Shown here: piece after piece, positions 1-10,396 of the stretch | Position numbering within the stretch: position 1 is the stretch's first letter | How the letters are laid out: each line of letters opens with the position of its first letter | NCBI RefSeq assembly: GCF_018350175.1 | Contig: NC_058384.1 | Coordinates: 65,720,001 to 65,784,000 of the forward strand | Direction of reading: 5' to 3' | Length of the DNA: 64,000 bases | From: Felis catus | Lineage: Eukaryota | Notes under the pieces: generated by a model | What the model saw: the letters and a program-made list of their open reading frames with translations, nothing else | Told to the model about the DNA's origin: nothing | The model's database searches: none | Program-made: the position numbers and the translations under genes

Positions 1-1290
1 AGTCAGTATCGCTAGAAATAGAATAGGGAAGTATTTGAAATCAGCCCAGTGAAACCATGACAAATCATATACACACACAGCAAATAATGATTTTGCATAC
101 TAAAAGGGTTTAATTACAAAATTAAGATAACACCCATACTATGCGTCCTATTTCAACCTAAATAAAAATACTTCATGGGGAATAATTCAGAAAAAAATAA
201 TAATAAAACACAATGAATTGTAAACATAGAACTTAACACCAGTCACATGGTCTCACATAACACACACAAAAGCTAAAAATAAATAACAGAAGTTATTTGA
301 ATATTAGCCAGGACATATCTATAATAAATTAGCAAATATTCCACTTGTAAATAATATTTGGTCAATCAATGACAGTTGCAAATGTGTTAGGAAGAAAAGA
401 AAAAAGAATGGAATGAAATAACAGAGACGGACCATCCCATACTTAGGGATATGTTGTGCCTTAAAGGCCTTGGTTATTTAACTAGCAAGAATGAAAATAA
501 TACAAGACTTAATCCAAAACCTGAAAAATGGGAAACAAAACCAGGGAGAGAGAGAGTAATTTTGAAATAGAATTATTGATGATTATACACTCTAATTCGA
601 AAGTCTAAGTAAACTTAACAAGAGAGAACACAGTTACGTTCCACCTGAAAATGCAGTCACACGTGAACTATGAACGTCACTTTCATTCGGTATGCTTTAA
701 AGAGAATACTGATAAGCTGCTGTGTGTCCAGAAGCCTGCACCCAAGGAGGCACGGTGTCTGAAATTCAGGTGGGCAGTGGGAAATTTCCCGATTGTAACT
801 ATTTCCAACATCTGGGAGCCAAGATTGGACTCAGGGTATGACACGAGACAGAGAACGTGAAAATCATAGAAAGGTGAGTATCCACTACAACGATGGGGGA
901 AACAACAGGTACCCAGTCAGTGCAGGCTTGGTTCCCCAGGAGGTACTGGGTTTCCCAGGAGGTACTGAGGAAGGACCTCTGAACAGGTGAGATGTAGGAC
1001 ACGATGGCTACCCAAGTCATTCTCTTGAAGTACATAGTCTGATGACAACTTTGACACTGGGTAGCTTCCTCTCCTTAATGGATTCAGCGTGCAAGGCCAC
1101 GTAGACCCCTCTCCTCCAACTTCTTCATGGAACTGGATGGTTGACTGTTTTTTCCATGCATTTACATAGCACTTCTATGCTAAATAAGAAATGGTTCAAA
1201 GGGGTGGTCAAAAAACCTGTGAAGTAGAAGAGGAAAATTATCTTTATTTTCCATATTTTAAAATTTAGATTCAGAAAACAATCATAACTT

Positions 1291-1512
1291 TCTTTTTTTT
1301 TAAGTTTTTTTAATGTTTTTATTTATTTTTGAGACAGAGAGAGAGCATGAGCAGGGGAGGGGCAGAGAGAGGGGGAGACACAGAACCGGAAGCGGGCTCC
1401 AGGCTCTGAGCTGTCAGCACAGAGCCCGACGCGGGGCTCGAACTCACAGAGTGTGAGATCATGACCTGAGCCAGAGTCGGAAGCTCAACCGACTGAGCCG
1501 CCCGGGCGCCCC
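1291..1512 (-). mobile_element. Can-SINE (SINEC-Fc)
   Basis: Poly-T, (GA)n, tRNA-derived body ending gcgcccc; degenerate TSD aayaatcayaacyttct. Confidence 0.95.
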
Positions 1513-2001
1513 AATAATCACAACCTTCTTAGAGTCACGACTTAACCAGTGTCAGGCTGAAACCTTATAATTCCTAGTACAGTAAATGATTTCCCCATCA
1601 TGTCACACCCCCACATCTAAGCCGCCTTCAAACCCAAGCACCTTGTTTTAAGCTAGACATAACCTTAAACAAGGAGTATAATCAGAGCTTTGGGGCAAAC
1701 AAGCCAAAGAGAGAAGAGGTAAAAGTTTCCAGGAGCCTTTGAGAACTGTAAATTGGAAGAAAGAACGGGAGGAGGAGACTTAACCTCTAGCGACACACAC
1801 TGTGCTGTCTCCAGTAATCTTTCCAACCACCTTGAGAGGCATAGATTACCATGCCTGCTTTACATAAGAGAACAGATAGGCCCTGCAACGTCAAACAACT
1901 CGACCAAAACCACACACTTATATAGGTGAATATTACTAGAAACTTTATGACTCAGTGGCACATTTGGCCCAAATGTGGGCGTACCGTATAAAACATTCCA
2001 A

Positions 2002-2945
2002 TTATAAAGTCTTAAGAGAAAACCCCGTCTTTGTGATCATTTCCCGAATGGCCAGCTGCACACCTCTGTTCCTAAGGCTGTACACCATAGGGTTCAACTG
2101 TGGGGTGACGATGGTGTAGGTCGCTGTCACTGGTCTGTCTTTGCCTGATGAGTATTTGGCTGAGGGCCGCAGGTAGACAGAGGAGGCACAGCCATGGTGG
2201 ACGATGACCACAGTGAGGTGGGAGGCACAGGTGGGGAGGGCTTTCCGCTTGCCGTCAGCCGACGGGATCTTCAGGATGGTGTGGACAACGAAGCCGTAAG
2301 AGGTGCGGAAGAAGAGCAAGGGTACAACTAGCACCAAGGCGCCACAGATGAAGAAGACCAGCTCATTGGTGTACGTTTCAGCACAGGCAAGTCGGATGAC
2401 TGGTGAGATGTCGCAAAAGTAGTAGTTGACCTTGTTGGAGCCACAGAGAGGGAGGCTGAAGACCAAAGTTGTTCCCACCAGAGATACTAGGAAGCCACTA
2501 ACAATACAGATTCCTGCCCGCTGGGCACATACCCTCCAGTTCACAAGAACCGGGTAGCGCAAAGGCTGGCAGATGGCGGCATAGCGGTCATAACCCGTAA
2601 CTCCCAGAAGCAGGCAGTTGGTGACAGCAAAGCCAAGGAAGAAGAACATCTGGGTGGTACAGCCCACGAAGGAGAGTGTCCTGAGGACAGAGAGCAGGTT
2701 GATAAGCATCCTGGGCAGGGTAACAATGGTGTAGAAGACCTCCGAGGTTGAAAGGACACAGAGGAAAAAAGGACATGGGGGTGTGGAGGCTGCGGTCCAG
2801 CCGGATGACGGACAAGAGGGTGCGGTTCCCACTCGGGATGATCAAATTAGAGGCCGAGAAAGAGGACAAACAGGACAGGCTGAAATTCGCCAAGTCTGGA
2901 GAAACCCAGCAGCAGGAATTCAGTGACCCGGGAGGAATTGGCCAC
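2002..2945 (-). pseudogene. Olfactory receptor family 10 subfamily R pseudogene (probable OR10R1P orthologue by position)
   Basis: Reconstructed: GTG(2945)-ANSSRVTEFLLLGFS...GL, +1 insertion creating TAA at 2847-2849, LIIPSGN...LHTPMS, second +1 in the A-run 2765-2770, then ORF 2002..2832 with GYDRYAAIC, FCDISP, TCASHL, LNPMVYSLRN. Length 944 = 942+2, consistent with a 313-aa OR plus two inserted bases. Confidence 0.93.
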
Positions 2946-3061
2946 GGAGAGCAGACGCCACAGCCAGTGTAATCAGGTCCAGAGACCCTTGGGACGGAGG
3001 AACCAGGGAGACTTACCCTTCATACCGTAGCCAGCACCAGTCTGGGGCGAATGGGAAACAA

Positions 3062-3086
3062 CTGGCAAGAAAGAGCAAAAAAGGAT
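3062..3086 (-). other. Candidate splice acceptor of the OR10R coding exon
   Basis: Minus strand tccttttttgctctttcttgccAG, about 115 nt upstream of the lost start codon. Confidence 0.45.
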
Positions 3087-3546
3087 TATAAGTCAACCAA
3101 AAATTGTCCTAAATAGATATGCACCCACAGTGCTGTTTTTCTGCCAGGGATTTTGGTAGTGAATCTGGGGACAAGTGTCCACATGAAGGCATAGACATTT
3201 GCTCCAATAAAGCCTATCCTACAGCCCCCCGCCCCCCGACTCTGCTCTTGCAGACTTATGTAGTTTCCACTTGAGTTTTTGGTAATCTAATATTCCAAAG
3301 AAACTTTCCGCTAGTTATGATTTCAAGTGGTCGCCATTTCATCCATATTACTAATCCATGGATTCCACCAGCAATGGTACCAATGTCTGAGGGTCTACCT
3401 CTCACCTGCCTCTAACACATTCCTCAGCTGAGGAAGCAATCTTGCCTGTCTTTGTGTGGTTGGCCTCTGAAGAATACAGTTCCTTTTCATGAGTAGCCTC
3501 TTACTCTCTTTCCATGCAGTTATTCATTAAAAGTTAATTTGATTGA

Positions 3547-3724
3547 GGGGCACCTAGGTGGCTCAGTTGGTTAAGCGGCCTACTTCGTCTCAGGTCGTGG
3601 TCTCACAGTTCGCGGGTTCGAGCCCCGCGTCAGGCTCTATGCGGACGGCTTGGAGCCTGGAGCCTGCTTCTGATTCTGTGACTCTGTCTCTCTCTCCTTC
3701 AAAAATAAACATTAAAAAAAAATT
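3547..3724 (+). mobile_element. Can-SINE
   Basis: ggggcacctaggtggctcag head, A-tail, TSD aagttaatttg. Confidence 0.93.
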
Positions 3725-6154
3725 GTTAAGTTAATTTGGTGTAGAACCACTGTTGCCGTCTCAGAAATAGCTTTATGATTCTTCCACACACTCTTATAGG
3801 ACAGTAGGGGCTGATTTCGCTAGCAGAAAATATGCAGCTGGAAGAATTTAGTTTTGCTTCAACATTCACTGGCGGCACATTTGGTTGCACATCTTACCCT
3901 GCTACACCTAACTTGGAGACTCAACAGACCAACGTTCCCCGGATGTCCCTGAATTCCTGGTAGGGAGGCTTAGATACTTCCCCTGATGCTTCTGATAACT
4001 TATTGTCACTGGTGCTAGATTACATACATTTTCATTAAAGTATTCTTGCCCTTTCCCCTCTCTCTCCCAGATCTGGTCCTTCACCTGGATCCTGTATCTC
4101 AATAATGAGTTTCAAAATCCTGCTAATCACATCCGCTGTGGATTTGTGAGACGTTGAAACACGTAACTTTTCTCCTCGGCCACATCCAATCTATTTTTGT
4201 TCTGCAATACTTCTAGGATCCATTTCTTCCTTTCTTTAGGAACTTACCACCTGTCTGGACTGCTCCAAGAACATGATAAACCGACCCTCTGGATTTTATC
4301 TTGTTCCGCTCTAAGCCATCCTCCACTATGGCCCCAGAGTTGTCTTCATACAGGACAAATCCTAACCTCTTACCAAAATTAGATGACCCTCAATTATCTA
4401 TGAAGTTAGGACAATCATGTTCTGTCTCTCACACTTTTCCCAAATGTCACTTTCCACTCGTAACTGCCACCGTATTCCCCCACATGCACTTCAGCATTGA
4501 GGAACTTTGAACAATCAGGTCATTTTTCAATCTACCTTCTAAATCTGGAAATCGTCCGTGCTTTCTGTTTGTGGGGATTGTTTTCTTCTTCTTTTAATTG
4601 TATGAAATTCTCAGTTAAAGTAACATGCACACATTGACTTCTCCCTACAACTTCCTAGTCATGCTTTATTATCACTTTGTCTTTGTCTCTTCAGCTATCC
4701 CTAGAACCTGATTGTCACCACCGTTATGAGGTCATCTTTGATTTCACAAACTTCAACTTACCAGAGACCAGAACTTGCCTCTCTATGCATACAGCAATGT
4801 CTAGTTTACAGCAGGGGCTTGAGAGCTTACTGAAAAAATAAATAGTCGTGATCCCAGGTTTTCTTCTGAATTATTTCAGAATGCCCAGGAGGTTTGATTT
4901 CAGGCGTCTTCCAAACTTGTTCCCTTAATATTAATTTAACATATATTATTAACCTTCGGCTTCAACATTTTGGGATGAAAAATGTCTCTGAAGCCATTCT
5001 CTAAATGCAGAGACAAAAGAGCCATTAAAAATTGTTGCTTTTTGGTTTATCAAGTGATTTTTCCCATTATCGCAAATGGCTAAACGTTTTGATTTTCATT
5101 TAAATAACACTTGGTCTTGAAGATCTTTTCAAATACTAAAATTTCTATCATGGTTTGCTCTTTTGCTTAGACACAGTAGCAAAAATTTGAAACGGGACTA
5201 AAATCAGGAGCTTTCACTGGAACAAAGTCCAGTCAAAAGTGAGATGTCATCTCCACTTTTCCAATGTCCTGGCTCCATTCTTTAGTGCTTTCTCTTTTAT
5301 GGGACCATCCCCAGGAAGATCAGTGACTAGTTAGCCGAAGACGGTTGGGGTTCTGAAAGGAACGAAAGGCCACATTACTGGGTGACCATGCCAAGACCCT
5401 CCCCCGTAGCACTCACAAGACATCATCTGCTTTTTCAGAGTCATCCTTGGAATCTATGCCTGAACTGAAATTTGAAAATAAATTCACTATAAAAAAACTT
5501 CATTTCTCTTTATCCTGGTTGATGCTGCAGCATACAATATTTGATAAATAAAAGACAGAGCCCTGAGCTTGGAAAGAAGGATGCTATGAATTCAGAGAAG
5601 AGCATTGGGAAGATAACGAGTGTGGGGGGTGGGAATAAATACAAGGAAAAAGTGGGTAATTCAATTGTATTCTTAACAAGTGGAAAAGGTGAATTGATTT
5701 TTCATTACTTTGTTCAAGGACTTCATCAGTGTGGGTGAAGCCAGTTCCTTGAGCGGGTTAAAAAGACAGCTAATTCTCCATTCTTAATTCCATTTACAGC
5801 CTCCTTTTCTAAATTTCCATCACACAGGAATTAACTGACATACTTACAGTTTTCTATATACACTTTTGCGTTTCAAGACTTTATGCTGAGACAGTGGGTG
5901 TGCAAGACATAGAAACAAAGAGGGAGGGAAGGAGAGAGAGAGAGAAAGAAGGAAATCTCAGCCTCTAATATTCTCTCACCTTCATCTGTGGCCCTCCCAT
6001 CATTCATATTTTTTAAAGTCACTGAGCTTCCTCTAATATGTATAGGGAGAGTTTGCTGTTTCTACTATATTTAATATTTAGTATATTTCAAGCTTGTTTC
6101 CTGTGTCTTTATCAAAATACTCAACCTGTTATATCCAAACTATTTCATCTTGAT

Positions 6155-6280
6155 TTTGTCTCCAGTAGATTTGAAACCCTCAGGGATAAGGACCATGCCT
6201 TATTCCTTCTGTATCCTTGACACTTAACCCAATATTTAAATGAGACATAAGTGCCTGACGAATAAATAAATTGAATAGTC
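6155..6280 (+). mobile_element. L2 3' end
   Basis: ccagtagatttgaaaccctcagggataaggaccatgcc...aataaataaattgaat. Confidence 0.5.
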
Positions 6281-6739
6281 CATTAATGAATTGTTTCCCT
6301 GTTGACCTCCACCTTTATCCCCAGTTTCCACTATCCACTTATCCTTTCTGTCATTTGATCACATTTCCTACTACTGATGATGGGGGAAACTCGGTCAAAG
6401 ATTCATGAGACAATGCCACGATTTAAATATTTACATAGAAGAAATGACTGGCACATCACTGCTCTTTTCAATAAGGAAGTCAAGGTCTCTAAATAAAGAT
6501 AAAAATTTTACAATCCCTCAAGTCAGAGGGCTCTTTCCCAGTGACATCCTGGTGTCTTCATTCTCAGACACTTCCTTGAAATGTCTATAAAGGTTTCTAG
6601 GTGAAATTTGCCAAAACTATCTTCTCTGTCATAATGTGCCAGAGGTCTTCTTCCATTTTCCATAAACTCTCTGGACCAACATGAGAAGACTCTCTACCTG
6701 ACTCCACAGAAAAATATAACCTTTGCCTCTTCTCTGTGG

Positions 6740-7080
6740 GTAGTTTAGCTAATGCCTCAATGGGTATCACCGATGGTCTTTTCTTTCTACATTGGCCTCA
6801 GTGCCTTGGTGGTAATTAAGATCCTCTCCTCCACGGGGAGCTAATTACCACGTTGTGCCCGATGCTTGTCCATAATTTCCCCCATTAGCAACTATAGTAA
6901 TACACTATGAGAGTTTGTTGGCCAAAGAGAAGGTCTTTTCTAATACCCCATAGGGATTAGTCAGTTTCCTTCTAGAAATTCTCGGGGGACTTATTGAAAG
7001 CTGGAAGTTTTCCGGGAGCCATTTGTTAAAACAAACATCCATGGAATGGCCTTCATGGAGGTTCCTTCTATAATGACTCT
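6740..7080 (-). promoter_or_regulatory. Candidate OR promoter/enhancer (homeodomain + O/E site cluster)
   Basis: TAATTA 6813 and 6842, TCCACGGGGA 6830, TCTCGGGGGA 6980, CCCCATAGGGA flanked by CTAAT/ATTAG at 6940-6960, TAATGA 7071; about 3.9 kb upstream of the OR10R-like gene. Confidence 0.5.
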
Positions 7081-7559
7081 AAATTTTCATTCTTAGGTGG
7101 AATAAACATGTAAATTTTACATTTTCATTTCTGACATCTGTAAGAGTTGAAGAGAGATACAAATTAAGGACAATATTGGAACGGAAGAGGTAACATAAGT
7201 GTTTCAGACACCTGTTAAACATACGTGTTCCTAGAATACGATGTGAACGTGATCAGTATTTGTTCAATAAATAAATAAATTAAATTTGGATTACGGAGAA
7301 GAATGTGGTAGTGTCCTGGTGTAGGTAGGTTTTTGTTAAGACGTCTCCTTTGGTAGAACTTCCTCCTAATTTCAGATTGCGTATTTATTCCTTCTGCCAT
7401 TGAGTCTGAACACTTGGGCTGGAAATAGGGCCCATGCTAGAGACTGACAAAAGTGATTCAGAAAGACTAAAAATACAGAGTTGGGAAATTATGTACAGCA
7501 CTCACAAACCAAACAAGCAAGAGAGGTATCTCCACATTTGACAATTTAAGGTTCAGGCT

Positions 7560-9100
7560 GGGAGTATTAAATTAACAACGAAAGAGAGTAATAAAACAAA
7601 ACAAAAATACTTTTAATGCCAGCAAGTACAATTCACAGTGAAATTGTAATAGATGTGAATTTACGTCCTCTCCAAAAAACACTGATGCAAACTTCATAAG
7701 AAACTATACAATATTTACAAGGACACACACTAATAATGGGTAACTTTCATATACCACTCTGCTCAAACAGGTCAGGAAGAAAAATATAGCTAAGAATTTA
7801 GAAGGCCTAAGCAGCAAATTAGTGAAGTACATCTGAAGAGCATTTATTGTACTTTATGTTCTAATGAAAAAGTACACATGTTCATTTCAAGGCACATGAA
7901 GTGAGTAGGTATATTGGCTGTGTATTAAGCCACAATAAAACCTTGAACGAAGGTCATAAAGTGGTAAGAATACAAACAATATTCCTTAATCCCAGCATAA
8001 TACACTGTTAATGAAAAACAAAGTTAAAAGGCTCTTCCATCTGAGAATTTAAAAATCTATTAAATAATTATTGGTCAAAAGGGAAATACAAAGCAAAAGG
8101 AAATAAGGTCCCATAAATAATACCAACTACATATTGTTTAGTAGAATACATGGGTTAGCTTTAAATGTTTTTTTAACATTTTACTTACTTATTTTCGAGA
8201 GAGAGTGAGAGAGACAGAGCACAAGCAGGGGAGGGGCGGGGGTGGGGGTCAGGGGACACAGAATCCAAAGCAGACTTCGGGCTCTGAGCTGTCAGCACAG
8301 AGCCCAATGCGGGACTTGAACTCACAGACCACAAGATCATGACCTGAGCTGAAGTCAGATATTTAACTGACTGAGCCACCCAGGCGCCCCTACATGGGTT
8401 AAGTTTAAAGCAGTGATAAGAGGAAATTTCACAGCCTAATTATATATAAAAAATAAATCAAAAAATAAAAGTACATAGAAAGGATCAGAAAGTTAGAAAT
8501 AAAACAATTTACAGGAAAATTCAAAGGAATAATAATACAAATAAAATTTCAAATAACGATATGGGGGAGAAACAACCCTAGAATTCATCCATTTATTCAC
8601 ACATACATTAGCTCTTTGAAAACAATAGACAAAACTTACAAACTACTATATGAACCAGAAAAAAAAATTAAACCCAAATATACATAGTATAAAATGACAC
8701 AGAAAATAACCATTTCTAAGATATTTTCAAAAGTCAGAACATTTGTTCACAAACTTTATAATTTTCAAATCCTAGCTGAGATGAATAATTTTGTAGAAAA
8801 CTGAATTCCAGATGTGATCCGCTCAAAATAAAAATGGTCTTAGAGGTCAATTTTCTTACAAGGAATGTTACTATGGCGCTTTCCCTCAGAAAAGACACTC
8901 TACCTGTATCTTTCACAGAATTTCAACAAACTTTCAAACATGAGGTGATCTCACCTAACATACAATAGCAATTCAATAAATACTTCTTTAAGAAACAGGG
9001 AAAACCCCGTTTTAATCTTCAACTTATGTAATGCTAAAAAAATCTTGTGGATATGTCAGTAAAATGCAAAAAACTAAGTGCTTAGAAACAATATATATCA
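7560..9100 (+). mobile_element. Ancient L1 ORF2 (endonuclease region) remnant
   Basis: A-rich with residual L1 motifs (ataatgggtaactttcatataccactc; taagccacaataaaaccttgaa); no intact ORF. Confidence 0.55.
8166..8390 (-). mobile_element. Can-SINE
   Basis: Typical body; TSD tacatgggtta..tttaaa. Confidence 0.95.
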
Positions 9101-9412
9101 CTGAATGAAAAAATTGGAAACTAAGCTTAAAGATAATGACAGATTCTCAGAGTAGCAAGTAACCAAAACTTTGACTGTAAATTGAAAAATTTCCTTGAAA
9201 CAAAAGCACGATGGAAAATATTAGAGAACCAACAAATGAAAAATTCCTCAAAAATAATTAAAATGTGAATACAAACTTATTACAAGCTGATGGATAAAGT
9301 GACTAGAACTGTAAAGTATGAAATGATTCTAGGCATCCCATTTATAAAATAAAAGTTGCACAAAAGGCATACAATTCACTGAACAGTTCAAATTTAATTT
9401 TAATGAAATCGT

Positions 9413-10354
9413 TTAGTTAATAGGATATGAAGTATGGCCCATTACCCTTCGAAGGGCTGACTTGAACTCCTGATTTCTCAGACTGTAAATCATTGGATTG
9501 AACAGCGGAGTCAGGATGGTGTAGGACACAGATATGAGGGTGTCTTGACTTGAGGAGTAGCTGGACTTGGGCCTTAAGTAGATGAAAGAGGCACAACCAT
9601 AATGAACAGTTACCACGATGAGATGAGAGGCACAGGTGGAGAAAGCCTTGTACCTGCCGGTGGAGGATGGGATCTTCAGAATGGCGGAAATGATACGAAT
9701 GTAGGAGATCAGGATAAGTAGCAGGGGAATGACCAAGACAAACACACCAATCATGAATATGACCAACTGGCTGAGGCGTGAGTGGTGCGATGCCACCGCG
9801 AGGACAGGGGCGATGTCACAAAAGTAGTGACGGAGCTGGTTGGAGGCGCGGAAGGGCAGGTGGAATACCATGGACGTGATAATCTGTGCAATAGTAAAGC
9901 CACAGGCACAGGCAGCAGCCACGAGTCCCACACACACCCCGTGTCCCATGAGCTCCGTGTAGCGCAGAGGGTTACAGATGGCCACGTAGCGGTCATACCC
10001 CATGGCCGCCAGCAGGAAGGAGTGAGAGCAGCCGAGGAAGAGGAAGGTGAACATCTGGATGGCACAGCCCAGGAAGGAGATGGTCTTCTTCTGGGCCAGG
10101 AGGTCAACCAGCATCTTGGGTACGATGACGAAGGTGTAGCAGGTCTCAGAGCAGGAGAGGACGGCGAGGAAGAAGTACATGGGGGCATGAAGGGCTCTGT
10201 CTAGCACGATGGTGGAAACGATGATGGCATTGGTGCCCAGAGTGAACAGGTAGAGGGGCAGGAAGGCAACAAAGAGCAGCCGCTGCAGCCCGGCCAGAGA
10301 AGAGAAGCCGAGGAAGACGAACTCTGTCACCAGGGTCCCGTTGCCCCGCTCCAT
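9413..10354 (-). CDS. OR10K1: Olfactory receptor 10K1, intact, 313 aa
   Basis: ATG at 10354 (tccATGg), NGT glycosylation site, PMYFFL, MGYDRYVAIC, KAFSTCASHL, FNPMIYSLRN. C-terminal half (SQLVIFMIGVF, YIRIISAILKIPSS, QDTLISVSY) matches recalled human OR10K1. Confidence 0.93.
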   Translation of the reverse strand: MERGNGTLVTEFVFLGFSSLAGLQRLLFVAFLPLYLFTLGTNAIIVSTIVLDRALHAPMYFFLAVLSCSETCYTFVIVPKMLVDLLAQKKTISFLGCAIQMFTFLFLGCSHSFLLAAMGYDRYVAICNPLRYTELMGHGVCVGLVAAACACGFTIAQIITSMVFHLPFRASNQLRHYFCDIAPVLAVASHHSRLSQLVIFMIGVFVLVIPLLLILISYIRIISAILKIPSSTGRYKAFSTCASHLIVVTVHYGCASFIYLRPKSSYSSSQDTLISVSYTILTPLFNPMIYSLRNQEFKSALRRVMGHTSYPIN

Positions 10355-10363
10355 GGACAGCAC

Positions 10364-10396
10364 CTGCAGAAAGGAGAGTCATGGACAGAGACAGAG
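10364..10396 (-). other. Splice acceptor of the OR10K1 coding exon
   Basis: Minus strand ...ctctcctttctgcAG|gtgctgtccATG, 9 nt before the ATG. Confidence 0.65.

Noticed and set aside
3010-3020. Donor G|GTAAGT on the minus strand just upstream of the OR10R-like CDS
   Set aside because: No suitably spaced acceptor between it and the start codon, so no 5'UTR intron can be supported.
9751-10382. Overlapping and antisense ORFs in the OR genes (also 41792-42369, 27359-27772, 63392-63967)
   Set aside because: Expected shadow ORFs of GC-rich OR coding sequence; their K1/K2 similarity only reflects the conversion tract.
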